Positions 37,342 to 52,252 of a stretch of 64,000 bases of DNA are shown here, one piece after another. Origin of the DNA: Octopus vulgaris (Eukaryota); assembly GCA_951406725.2 (NCBI GenBank), contig OX597830.1, positions 69,998,001-70,062,000 on the forward strand. Direction: 5' to 3'. The first letter of the stretch is position 1, and the number at the start of each line of letters is the position of its first letter. Both the position numbers and the translations under genes were made by a program. The notes beneath the pieces were generated by a model, which worked only from the letters and a program-made list of their open reading frames with translations, had not been told where the DNA came from and did not search any database.

Positions 37342-38920
37342 GTATGTATTCCTTTACCCTGAACTTGCTGCACCGTAACCACAGCCTTATGGCCTATGCA
37401 TCTCTCCATAGCTTCGCGGCTTTTAAGATGAAAGGAAAACCGGGCGTGTTAAACTTACACGTAACCATGCCGAAGCATTGAAGTCTTTTAATGTTTAGTC
37501 ACAAAAGACTTCTCGGGTATGAAAAAGTTAACTCTGTTAAAAAGTTTGTGCCAAGAAAAACAGCTTCTTCCACCTTGATGCCGCTATTTCTTCTGTTTTC
37601 TGTTTTTTTTTTTCTCTTTTTTTTTGTTCTTCTTCTTCTTCTTCACCTCTCTCTCTCTCTCACTCTTTGAAGAATATTTAACACGCTTTTTAGCTTTCTT
37701 AGACGTTTCTGCAATCTATCCAAATATTCTTTGAGCAAAGTAGTCACGGTGGGTGTTTTTAGCAATTGTTAAGAATTATTCAAAAGTCATTGCTAATGTC
37801 CCTTTAAGTGCTTTCCGAGCCTCATTAGTCGTTGATATTCCAAAGTTATACTGTAGACAGTCATCGTTCATTTATCAAGTGCTTACTAGATATAATATTT
37901 TTCTTTATTCTTTATTTTTTTTATTTATATATATATATACATACATATATATATTTCTATATCTTTTTATTCTTCTTTCTCACGTCTTTTTGCTACCTCA
38001 GTTTCATCAGGCACGACCAGATTTTTATGATCACAAAAACACGTAACGTTGATACTAAAAGATTTTGAAGAATTCGATTTAAGTATTAAGCCAAAGAGCC
38101 GTTAAAAAACATATTTACAACTAATGGAAAATAGCCTACATTATTTTTAGCCGTCTTCCTATCCATTTCAAGTTTTTATTTATTTGTCCCACCATTTACA
38201 TCCTGCTGTAGCTGTATGTTCTATCAACACCACACCGCTCTTACACTACAGAATATCAAGCATATCACATTATCAATTTCCTCCAGCCCCAACATATATT
38301 AACATCCCCATCACCATCACCATCGTCATCACCACAACCGTTTCCACCAACTCCGCCTTCGTTCTAAATGACATTTTCCCCCCATACGAAACTAGTTGAT
38401 GGAACACAAAGCCATACCATAAAGCCACCCATCCATAACGGTATTCTATTATTTCTTTTTATTAAATCCTTTCATCTGGGTACATCTCAGGTGGTCATTG
38501 GAATATCTCCCATTCATAAACGATGTTGTTAGTTATACGTTTCAGCGATAGAAAAAATAATACAAAAAAAAGGGGGCTGGTTAAGAATTGAAACTGGAAT
38601 CTAGTTGTTTCCTATAGAATTATCTATCATTTGTCCGACTCGGTGCATTCCAACTGATGGACTGAAGTGCTTTCTTTTCCTCCTGCATTCGGTTCTTTCT
38701 TGTTCTCCTGCATACTCAGACGCAGGCGTAGCTGTGTGGTTAGAAGCTCGACTTACAAGTGTATGGTTTCGGGTTCAATGCTACTGTGTAGCGCCTAGGG
38801 CAAATACCTTCTACTATAGCCACGGGGCGACTAATGCCTTGAGTGGAAATTTGTCAAACGGAAATCGTGTGAAGCCCATAGTATATACTTGTGTACGTGT
38901 ATGTGTGTGTATATATATAT

Positions 38921-39052
38921 AATTCATAAATGAGGGCAAAGGAAAAAATTTCTAATGCCAAATATGCCGAAAAATTGGACATATTGTCCATTAACCAATT
39001 TTTCGGCATATTTGGCATTAGAAATTTTTTCCTTTGCCCTCATTTATGAATT
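38921..39052. repeat. Perfect foldback hairpin: 58-bp arms and a 16-nt loop
   Basis: 38921-38978 is the exact reverse complement of 38995-39052. Confidence 0.95.
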
Positions 39053-39155
39053 GTTTATAAATTTAACCGTTAAAGGTATTTTTAATATGCTGGCCATTGA
39101 TAAAAATGTTTTTCGAGAGAATATTTTTTTTCGAAAAGAATTTTATCCTCACATT

Positions 39156-39216
<61 letters not shown>

Positions 39217-39246
39217 CATACATACATACATACATACATACATACA

Positions 39247-39555
39247 TACAGGGTGTTTCAAAAAATTTGATATCATTTTGCAATCTAATAACTTTGTCAG
39301 TTCTTGTTCAAATGACTTCACATTCTCACAGCATTTGTAGAAACAGGTAAAAGTTTCATGCTTAATGTTTGATATGTTTATCTTTTCAGTCATGGAAAAG
39401 GCATTCACTGGAAGAGAAAAGGCGTTTTGTGTGTTAGAGTATGTTCGAACACAGTCGAATAAGACTGTACAATAAGCATTTGTGAGAGAGTTCCCTAAAA
39501 AAAAATTACTAACGGCAATGCAGATTTGAACACGGCACAAAAATTCAAAGAGTGA
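39247..39555 (+). mobile_element. Tc1/mariner-superfamily 5' fragment (DUF4817-like HTH)
   Basis: Terminus TACAGGGTGTTTCAAAAAA. From 39392 it reads MEKAFTGREKAFCVLEYVRTQSNKTVQ*AFVREF...QI*TRHK. Confidence 0.75.
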
Positions 39556-39745
39556 AAACTCTTGACTTTAAGGGCGTCGCGAAGGCATAGTTAGAGACTC
39601 AACGTTCCGATGTTTTTTACAGAGCTTAGAAAAACTGAAGGACCACTGCGATAAGTGTGTGAATCTGAGAGGAGAATAAGTTGAATAAAATCATAATTAT
39701 CTGATCCTCCTGTATTTTCTTTTACTCAAAGCCAGGAATTTAGGA
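39556..39745 (+). mobile_element. Mariner transposase 3' end fragment
   Basis: LEKLKDHCDKCVNLRGE*VE* resembles the mariner C-terminus KC...G.YVE. Confidence 0.6.
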
Positions 39746-40198
39746 AATTTTCACCAGCCCATCATGTGTGTGTGTGTGTCTGCATGTTTTTTGTGCCTGT
39801 GTTCCCCCACCACTTGACAACCTAGCGGTTCGAAAAGGTGATTGATAGAATTAGTACAAGGCTTAAAATAAGTACGAAGGTCGATCTTTCGACATCCCTT
39901 CAAGGTAGTAACCCAGTATGGCCGCAGTCCAATGACTGAAGCAAGTAAAAGAAAATACTCATCCGACAAAACGCAAGAATAGGAATGAAAGAGAAAGAGG
40001 AAAAAAAAATTTCTTGTATTTGACTTCAAAATTAATCGCAGCAATTTTTTTCTTTTTAAAATTGAAAATAAATATTTCTGGTTCAGGTTTATCTTTTGTA
40101 GTTTCTTTGAAATTATTCATTTCTTTTCTCTTTCAGATGATAATGTCAGAGCTAAGACATATTACCAATCTCTGTAGATTAATGACACTCAAATAAAG

Positions 40199-40285
<87 letters not shown>

Positions 40286-40386
40286 AGAGAGAGATGTGTG
40301 AGATTGAGAAAGAGAAAGATTGCCCTTGACACAATCAGAAAAGTGGGTTATATGTATATACAGATATAAAGATATGTATATGTGTG

Positions 40387-40466
<80 letters not shown>

Positions 40467-40528
40467 TTTATATATACTATATTAAATCTCTGAGCAAGAT
40501 GTAAACAGTAGCAATATGGAATTGTAAC

Positions 40529-41005
<477 letters not shown>

Positions 41006-41015
41006 CATATATGTA

Positions 41016-41088
<73 letters not shown>

Positions 41089-41269
41089 TGTTAGATAGAT
41101 ACGTAGATACATAGCTGTACAGAGAGATGAAACCGTGGATATTTGAAAATTATTAAAAGACAGGTAGAGAGAAAAACCGAACGATACATGTGGTAGATGT
41201 GTGTATGGATTAATTTATATAAATAGTAAATAAATTAAGAAGATAGGACTATTAAAACTATACATGTAT

Positions 41270-41890
41270 ATGGTCACCACAAAGTGCCGAACTAACAGTG
41301 GAGTTTGAAGCAGTCCAATGCCACTACACTAAAAATATTAAAAACAGTGCAGCAGATGAGCTACAGGGATGGCCTGAGAAAACTACAACTTTACTCCATG
41401 GAGCGAAGACGTCAGAGACATGCAATAAAATACATATGAAAAATCCTAGAAGGGTTGGCAACTAACTTCGGCATTGAGCGTTTTTCAACTGCCAGAACTG
41501 ACTGCCATTGTAATGTACCAAAGGTACCATCCCCTCCACTTAAAATCAGGACCAGGTACTGCGATAGTCTAAGGTTCAAAGGCTCAGAGCCCTCTCAATG
41601 CCCAGCGCAAAAATTAAGAAATCTGCATAAGGTGGAAGTAGATGTCTTCAAAAGAAAACTCGACATCCTCCTCTCCACACTACCAGATGAACCAACAGAC
41701 CGACATGAGACGCAGACGAGGGCAGAGGAATCAAACTCCCTTGTACACCAAATGGACCAAAAGCTGGGACAAAGGCACATACAGGAATACAGGAGTGGTG
41801 ATGCGAACCATCACAGACTGAGGAAATCAGAAACGCCATGGCGGTGCTCCAGCATGACCACAGCCGCAGGGCTGAAACCAGCAAAAGAGC
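41270..41890 (+). pseudogene. CR1-group LINE 3' fragment (ORF2 C-terminus plus 3' UTR and tail)
   Basis: EAVQCHYTK, LRKLQLYSMERRRQRHAIKYI*KILEGL, NFGIE, SLRFKG and LRNLHKVEVDVFKRKLDILLSTLPDEP. It ends in a tail shared with SINE family B. Confidence 0.85.
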
Positions 41891-41942
<52 letters not shown>

Positions 41943-42332
41943 ATATTTTATATATTTAATATATACATATAATATATATTTAATATACATATACACATTT
42001 AATATACGTATACACCTACACGCACATATATATACTTATGTGTATATATATATATATATTCTTTAACTACAGTTATAATATGGTTAGATGTGTGTGTGTG
42101 CGTTTGTGTGCTTGTGTTTGTGTGTGTGTATGTGTGAATGAGAAAGAAAGGGAAAGAACAAGAGAGGAAGAATAAGGTGGAAAGATGGTGCATTAAATGA
42201 TGGATTGTTACAGCTCATAGTTACAGCCCAGTCACAGAGAATTGGGTAGCTGAATAGATGGGTGGATGGAGGAATACTTAGCTATATACATACACTGACA
42301 TGCATCAATAGCCTGTGGGTTACCTGCTTGAA

Positions 42333-42469
<137 letters not shown>

Positions 42470-42630
42470 ATCTGTCTGTCTCTCTATCCATCAATTTATC
42501 TTATGCGTATGTATATGTGTATATATATATATGTATAATATATGTGTGAAAACATTATGAATATATAAATATGGATAGGATTTATATCTATACACATATA
42601 TATTTGTATATCTATGAGTATGTATGAATA

Positions 42631-42670
<40 letters not shown>

Positions 42671-42721
42671 TGTATATCCATGTTTATGCAAGCATGTACA
42701 TATATATAGACTATTTGGTTT

Positions 42722-42836
<115 letters not shown>

Positions 42837-43128
42837 ATATACATGAATATGTATATGAATATATACATTATACGTATATATTAATGAATAGCCATGTTGA
42901 TGCATAAAAGAAAGTAGATATATGGATAATTGAAGGTATAGATTTTCAGTTGATTGATGTTTAACTGGCCTTACACACCCGCACTCGTACGTATGTGATG
43001 CGTGTGTGTGCGTGTGTGTATGTTTACATGCCTGTGTAGGTTTATACGTTTGTGTGTGTCTGTGTGAATGTGCATTTCCGTGTGTAGAATGAGAATGTTC
43101 CTTGGCTTAGAAGAAAATGGAAGCAAAA

Positions 43129-43190
<62 letters not shown>

Positions 43191-43431
43191 GTATGTATAT
43201 ACATATACATTCATACGTGTACACACACATATGAGCACACATACAGACGCAAAACAACGCGCGCAAATACATATATACACACAGACTTCCAATATTTCAT
43301 GGTTATGTAGGCAAGGATTAAACCATGATTTGCCAAATCGCATTGTCAAACCAGATTTCAAATCAAAAAGTAATCTACGTGTGATAAATTTACAAGAGTA
43401 CCATGCATACATACATACATACATACATACA

Positions 43432-43465
<34 letters not shown>

Positions 43466-43559
43466 CATACGTACGTACATACATACATTCATACATATTC
43501 ACTGTCGTTTGTGTCAAGAAAGTCATATAGCTTCATAGATAGACAGACACATTGAGTAT

Positions 43560-43599
<40 letters not shown>

Positions 43600-43751
43600 G
43601 AGAGAGAGAGAGATAGGCAGACAGGTAGGTTCGTAGACAGACAGACAGACAAATTGTTAGACAGGCAGACAGACAAACAAGCAGAGAGGCAGAAAGATAG
43701 ATAGACAGACAGTCAGATAGATAGATGGATAGATAGAGAGACAGACAGACT

Positions 43752-43820
<69 letters not shown>

Positions 43821-44499
43821 ATAGATAGAGAATAGAGAGAGAAATACAGAAGGAAGAAAGGTGGCGCCTGTCCATGGCGGGATGTGAATGTAAGTATGAT
43901 TACACGGGCTATAAAATCCTTGTGTAAGAAAGCAAGTCGGCCGTCGAAGTCGATGGCGTGCCGGGCTGGACAGTAGAAAACAATCATAAAATGTCAGATG
44001 AGATTTGTCGCTGCTATGTTGCTTCAAGGAAATGGCTAAACTATAAACTTCACTAAGCCTAGGGTATCAATTCGACAATTTTAATTTAATCTTACCTCAG
44101 TAAAGTTTTATGAGCGATATGAGTTATTTATTCAATATTCACTGACTTCACACAGTGCAGTTTAAAGTATGCCGAAATCATTTATATTATATTTAGGAAT
44201 ATTTCTGCACTAGATAATTGGATTAATAAAATTAAAAAAAAAAGGAAAACATTTTGTTTGGTTTTCTCTCGTAATTTTTGAAAAGAAAAAAAAAATTAAT
44301 AGATAAATGTAATTAAATCAACAAAAAATAACGTAAGAAAAAAATGAAAAAAATGAAAATAGAAAGGAAATTAATATTATTTTTTTCCCGTGATTCTCTT
44401 GTTTATTAAAATCAAATTTTAGAGGAAGAAAAAAAAAAATTTTCTTGAGATCTTTTTCAAAATGGCGGCTAGTACTGGAAAAGTTTCCGCCCAAACACC

Positions 44500-45210
44500 T
44501 CACAACTCTTGCGAACAGATATAATAAAACAAGCAACAGAACTAACCAGGGAAACAATAAATATATAAACAGCAACAACAATAACAATAACAGTGCAAAG
44601 AATAATTCTAATGCTAACAGCGATAAGAAGCGAAAAAAAAAAAAACTGAAATAACAACGGTAGCAACAACAGTGGTAATAGCCACACTAGCAAAGTTGAA
44701 CTACAAGAACAGCCACAACAATAACAACAATAATAACAACAACAACAACAGCATCAGTAGCGCAAAAAATAATACCTATGCCAACAATAGTAACAAAATG
44801 AAAGAAAAAAAAAACCCCAGGATAACATTACAGAAACAATAAGAGAAACACGAACAACACCAACAAAGACCCAAACACAACAACAGCAAAAGTAACAAGA
44901 ACAAGAACAACAACAACAACAACAAAGACTCAGCTACAAGAACGGTAAAAACAACAGCAGCAATAACAACAAGAATGAAAATAACAAGAACAACAACAAC
45001 AGCAGCAACAAAGTCTCAACTACAAGAACGGTAAAAACAACAGCAGCAACAATAAGAACGACGGCAACTAGGAGAATTAACAACACTAACAAAGACTCGA
45101 CTACAAGAACAACAGCAGAAGCAACATCAACAACAACAGCAACAGCAACAACAACAACAACAACGACAGCAATAACAACAAAGACCGCAGCATCAAACAA
45201 CAAACAGCTC
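44500..45210. repeat. AAC/AGC-rich low-complexity tract with an internal triplicated block
   Basis: AACAAAG(A/T)CTC..CTACAAGAAC recurs near 44921, 45007 and 45088. Confidence 0.8.
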
Positions 45211-45737
45211 GATAACGATAGGCAAACTGTTTATAACTTCTATGGCGTTAGATTTGGCGATCAAATTAGAACAGAGATAAAAGATAAATATCTAAAACCC
45301 AAAAAAAAAACACAAAGAATAACTGCACAAATAAAGCCAAAAAAAAAGAAATATGTATTCCAGAATGATCCTTTATTTATTTATTTATTTATTTATTTAT
45401 ATATATATTTTTTTCCTTGTCGTTTTAATGAACCTACAACTAATACAGAATAGCTTTTAATGATTATAGCTGTAGGAAAGATGGCTTTTGGAGATTGATA
45501 CAAGCAAAAAAGATAAAGTGAAAAGTAAAAAAAAAAGGGGGTTCCTAGAGAGGTTCTCCCCTCTCCCACCAGATTCTTTTATCGTTAACATTTATGCACT
45601 TCCTATCTACATCTACCTCTGATTTGAAACCACAGATTTACTCTCACTCTGTCTTTCTCACATACACATATGTACATATATGCATAAATATAATTTATAT
45701 ATATATACATGTATAGATATATGAATGTATATACTCA

Positions 45738-45856
<119 letters not shown>

Positions 45857-46257
45857 GTGTGTGTATATATGTAAATATATGCATTTATATATACATATAT
45901 GCATATACATCTACATGTGGATGTATGCACACATACACACACATACACACACACATACTTGACTGGTTCGTTATCCTGAAAGGATGAAAGAGAAACTTGA
46001 CCTCGTCGGGTTTTGAGCTCAGAACATAACACCTCTGTAACTTAATGCCCTAGGTGTTCCTTGTGATTAATAACATATTACAACCCGTGTATAATAAAAT
46101 ATAACACTCCGTAAATAGTACAGCGCCTTGTGATAGTGAATGAAATATAACACCTTGTAGTATTCTATCGATGATAATATAGTACCCTGCCAATAATGCA
46201 GTATCCTTTCGATGATATATTATTAAGTAGAGAAAAATATAATATGGTCATGGGTAA

Positions 46258-46581
46258 AGACCCACTTCGGTCATGAATGACCATGGGATTGCACCTAGAA
46301 AGTTACCCTCCTAGACACAAGTCCGGGTAAGGTTGTTTATGGAAGACCAGTAGTCGCCCATGCATACCAGCCTCCCCTCTCCACGCCACCAGTGTTATCC
46401 AAGGGAAAGACACATGTCGATACAGCTTGGCACCAGTGACGTCGCAACTCATTTCTACAGATGAGTGAACTGGAGCAACGTGAGATAAATTGCCTTGCTC
46501 AAGAACACAACACGCAGCCCGGTCCGGGATTCGAGCTCACAACTTCACGATCGTAAGCTCGACGCTCTAACCAGTGAGCCG
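46258..46581 (-). mobile_element. SINE family D, near full length
   Basis: Close match to 20129-20467. Confidence 0.88.
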
Positions 46582-46764
46582 GTACCTTGTGAATAATAAA
46601 TATTTGGTTCGTTGTGAATAATGAAATGTAGTAGTGTATGACATAAAATTATATTATCTGTGTGAGAATAGAATATATTAAGTTTTTGGAGATGACCTAA
46701 TAAGTAATCTTTTTCGTGTCAGTTATGCAATATGTCGCAAATATTCATTTCTTAGTTATCCAAC

Positions 46765-47030
46765 GTGAAGACATGTGGCATGATGGCTAGTGTGTTGCAC
46801 GTAAGATTATAGTTTGGATATCCTGGACCAGGATGTAGATTACATTCTTTAACAAAATTCGTCATTTCACGTTGTCCGAGTCCACTCAGCTGTCAATGAA
46901 TCCCATTACGACGGACCGGCATCCCATTCAGAAGGAAGATTGTGATCTTGATCGTCTGTACGCTATACAAACCAACAGGTCGTCCCTACGAGTCGTAGGA
47001 CTTCAGACAGTATTGTGTCCAAGAGGACTT
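46765..47030 (+). mobile_element. Old SINE related to the 12125-12403 copy
   Basis: GTGAAGACATGTGGC...CATTTCACGTTG...CCACTCAGCTG...GACGGACCGGCATCCCATTCAG. Confidence 0.55.
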
Positions 47031-47384
47031 GAACTACTTCTGTTATTCAACATTCAATCCCCGTTGTATTTGTTTTTCATTATGAAGCCCAGACTGTTTC
47101 CGTTGAGCTGACTTCGATTCGTAATGAAGTCTTTTCACTTTGCCTGTTTAAAGCTTAATACATTCCAATGCAGAGTACAAAACCGAAAGCCATTGTGGTG
47201 CTGGCCTGAAAACATGTAAACTTATCCGTTGTTGTCGTTCTTGTTGTTGTAGCAGTTTAGTGGCAGGATCGTTCTGATCGAGCAGACACACAATCGAAGA
47301 CAATTCAGCAATGTCTGTCTAGTCCTTTTCTTTTATAGACGTAATTTTTAGCCACGTTATCTTTTGTTTTGTATTTTATACTTT

Positions 47385-47665
47385 TGTTAATCATTGGACT
47401 GCAGGCATACGGGGGGGGGGGGGACACAATTCTGAAGGGGTTTTGTCAAACAAATCGATCACAGTGCTTATTTTTTTAAAGCCTGGTCCTTATTCCATCG
47501 GTATCTACGCCGAACCACTAACTTACAAGGACGTAAACAAACCAATACCGGTTGTCAAGCATGGTTGGGGAAAATTCAGATACAAAGACACACACACGCA
47601 CATAATACATATATGTATGTATGCATGTATGTATGCATGTATGTATGTATAAATTACATACATAT

Positions 47666-47718
<53 letters not shown>

Positions 47719-47852
47719 TATAATTATATATATGCATATGTTCAGAGCCATAGGATTGCTTTGAGGCACGTGGTGTGTTATTAAAACGCTCCTTGAGACA
47801 ACATCTCCAATGTATGAAGCTATTAGTAATGCATAACTGTGTGAATTAATTT

Positions 47853-47896
<44 letters not shown>

Positions 47897-48030
47897 CATA
47901 TTTGTATGTATATTTATATGACGGACTTCCATACAGTTTTTCTCTATAGAATCCACTCACAAGCCATTAGTCGGCCCGTGACTATAATAGAAGACACTTG
48001 CCCAAGTTGCTGGGTTGTCGGACTGAGCCT
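47385..48030 (-). mobile_element. SINE family B, diverged, with an expanded middle
   Basis: Tail segment 47385-47600 and head/CORE segment 47918-48030 (gaagacacttgcccaag). Confidence 0.65.
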
Positions 48031-49464
48031 GATTCGAAGGAGATTTGGTTACTATTTTTAGTTGGTAGATCGTTCACTTGAAGTCTCACTCGTTCTTTTG
48101 TGGAATCATTATTTAGGCACCATTATTTAGTATAGCAAGTGATGAACGTAGGACGGTAAGAATTGACAGACAGTGAAAAGAATAAGATAATTCCTCAAGA
48201 CAAGAGTCTATTTGTTCTCATTTTCTGCACAAGGCTGAGTGCAAGGAAATGGACAAAAAGATTTATAAAATTTCGGACAAGGAGAACAAATTTAGAGTGG
48301 TTTGTACACATTTGACATCTACTTCTAGCGTATTGGCTTTGTTCCATCAGATTATATATTCATAATTATATACTTAAATTAATTCTACCGATATGGTGTT
48401 TTTTATACGCTGGCCACTAATATAATCATCTTAATGAATATATCTTCAATTTATACGCATACATATTGATTTTTAAGTATTATTTATTATCCTATTACAA
48501 AACGTATTTTTTTTTAAGGGATGGCTTTACAATACTGGATCAAGTACTTTACAGGTATTTATTTTGATATTTTATTGATCCTGAATTAGACGAATGGTAA
48601 AATTGAAGTCATAGCGTATTGGTTTGAAGAAAATTACTGAAAAGGACACAATGTGGTTTGCTAGTTATACAAATTTTACAAACTCACAATCTTTTACAAA
48701 ATATATGAATTGTAACTATGATCCAGTAGTCCTAAGATCAAATGACTATTCTGTCTTCTTTCTTTTTATATCTCTGGGTTTAAATACTTTAAGGCGTTGG
48801 CCAACTCATCGTGTATATATATATAACAAAGATGTACAGGTGTTAATTCATTACGGCCGTTTCAAGCGGCTCCATTCAATTAATTAATGAGAACATTATA
48901 TCAATTTAAAAGAAAGAGCCGCAATGAATTGACACCTGTGCATCTTTGTTGCTTATTTAAATTCTGTTCAGTTAACTTCGAATCTGCACTTCAGATGTAC
49001 TATAGAAAGTATCTTTATATAAAAGCACATGTCTGAAGTACCAGCAGCGGATATATTCACTTATATATCCTGGCTTGAGTTGTCTGCACACACGATAGGA
49101 ATATTAGATATAAACACCCCTTGTACGGAGTTTTGATATTCAATATTCCAATATTACTGTTGAGGTGTGCGGACTATACCGAACTAGCAAGGTGCCTCAA
49201 TTTAAGTACCTAATTCAACTGAATCTTAATTATATATACAGATATATATATATATGTACATATACATATCTCTCTCTCTCTCTCTCTCTCTCTCCCCACA
49301 CACGCACACATACATTCAAAGCTTTTCATCTACAAATTCAATCGCAAGGTATTGGTCGAACCGAAGACGTCGCGCATTGGAATTGAATCAGAAACCACGT
49401 GGTTGCCAAACTAACTTCCTTAACCACACACTGCCATACCTGCAGATATACATCATTCTATATA

Positions 49465-49516
<52 letters not shown>

Positions 49517-50283
49517 TGCATATATAGAATGATATATATATATATATATATATATATCTGTTTCGATATCAGGAAAAGGTATTTGAATCCAGAGCTGTGA
49601 TGGCAAGAATGACAAGAGTAAAACAACTCTGCCTGACCCTCTCTGGCTTATGACACTTGCTCCACCACTCAGATTACAAGGGTAATAATCTACAATACTG
49701 ATCATATTTTATTTTCTCTTCGCTACAAAATAAAGGAAAAAAAAAGAGAAGACACCATTTTATTGTATTCTATTTATTGTTATTTTTTTTCGCCTATTTT
49801 TTATTTGCGCGTGCGTATATGTACGTATGTGTGTGTGTATGTGTGTGTGTGTGTGTGTGTTGGTATGTTTTTTGTTTGTTCTTTGGTTGCGGATCATTCG
49901 TATTCTTTCAATGTGTCGAATTTTATCTGCTTAGATTTTATGGCTTATCACAGTTGTAAAGATGAGAAAACACATGCGAGGAGACAAACACAGAGACATT
50001 AATACATGCATGCGGAAATACAAATGAAAGAAGGAAAGAAAGAAAGAAAGAAAGAAAGAAAAAAAAGAAAAGAAAAAGAAAAAGAGAAAAAGAGTGAAGG
50101 ATAAAAGCTCGCACATACACACACACACACATGCGTATCACAAACTTACGTACACAAAGGTAGACTTGGAACAGGCAAACATAAATAAATAGTCGTACGC
50201 AAAAGTACACAAATGTACACACATGTAATACCAAAGGTACCCATACGTACACAAAACACACATCACGCTCTCTCGATCTTTTA

Positions 50284-50346
<63 letters not shown>

Positions 50347-50387
50347 TCTATATCTATATATATGTGTGTATATTATATATGTATATA

Positions 50388-50430
<43 letters not shown>

Positions 50431-50500
50431 GTGTATATATATATATATATATATGTATATGTATATATATATGTATATATTTATATGATATATATGTATT

Positions 50501-50553
<53 letters not shown>

Positions 50554-51263
50554 GATATATAAATGATATATATATATATATGTTTATATCATATACATAT
50601 ATATATGTATATATCGCATAAATATATATATATATATATAAGATTACATATATATATGATATATATGATATATACATGTGTATACATACATAAATATATG
50701 TATATATACGCATGTATGTAAACACGCACACACATGGATATGGGGTAGAAAAGAGAGAGAGAGAGAGAGAAGGTGGAAAGGAGACACATATAAATAAATT
50801 TTATTACGGGTACACCTCAGATTTATACCTCAGGTTTTACAATGTGAATTTAGAAATAAAATCTATGTTTCGGGGTGTGTGGCAGCGGCATTTCAAAGTA
50901 ACCGATCATCAGGTTACCCACGGATAATAGTTGTGATAAAACATAACCCCACCACGACATCAAACGACCGAGCGTTATAAATAGACGGACACGTTCCAAA
51001 ATGTCAATAACGTCTTCTATACCAGACTTCCTAGGCACCTCTCTTCCTGTGAGTATAGGTCTGTGTATGGATGGATGTATGTTTGTATGTATGCATATGT
51101 GTGTATGTGTATGTATGTATGTATGTATGTATGTGTAGGTATGTATGCACGTATATGTATACATGTTTATTGCATGCATGTATGTGTCTATGCATCTATG
51201 TATATATATCTATATGCATGTACGTATACCTATACTTAGGCACGTATATATATATATACATAT

Positions 51264-51316
<53 letters not shown>

Positions 51317-51317
51317 C

Positions 51318-51416
<99 letters not shown>

Positions 51417-51631
51417 TATATGTATATATATATGTATATTTGTTTGTGTGACTTATAAAATACAAGCAAGATGAACTGTCATTGTTACTAAAACATAAAA
51501 TAGAATAATAAGCAGAAGGATAACCTTTAAGAATATCTTACTTTTCACATACACTACATACACACACACTCTAAAAACTCTAAGTCAACAGACGCATCAA
51601 TGCGCGCGCGGGGTGTGTGGATGTGTGTATA

Positions 51632-51695
<64 letters not shown>

Positions 51696-51711
51696 GACAT
51701 GCATACCTAAT

Positions 51712-51753
<42 letters not shown>

Positions 51754-51803
51754 ATCAATCGCCTGTCTGTATACAGATATAGATAGATATAAATACAGAA
51801 ACA

Positions 51804-51885
<82 letters not shown>

Positions 51886-51889
51886 CATA

Positions 51890-51978
<89 letters not shown>

Positions 51979-52211
51979 TGGGCAGTATATGCTGTTTGAG
52001 AATTTATCAGACAAGGTGTGTAAAAAATAAGATATTCTTAAAGGTTATAAAAAGTGAAAGAGAAAGTAAGGAATAGTGGAAGAATGGATAAGAAATAAAA
52101 TAAACAGATAAGAATTACTGATGGACACTGATTATGCACATACATGGGCTACCATAATTGTCAAAGATGCACATATACAAGGAACCATTAGTAAATATAG
52201 AGGCACACGTA

Positions 52212-52252
<41 letters not shown>

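Larger units (their letters stand above)
38718..39952 (+). mobile_element. SINE family B split into 5' (38718-38885) and 3' (39770-39952) halves by nested insertions
   Basis: Head GCAGGCGTAGCTGTGTGGTTAG...GAAGCCC and tail CCCAGTATGGCCGCAGTCCAATGACTGAAGCAAGTAAAAG. Confidence 0.65.

Noticed and set aside
44090-44100. Strong minus-strand donor GAG|GTAAG as the end of Post1 coding exon 1
   Set aside because: In the phase 1 required by the acceptor, the preceding codon is TGA. It could only end a non-coding exon.
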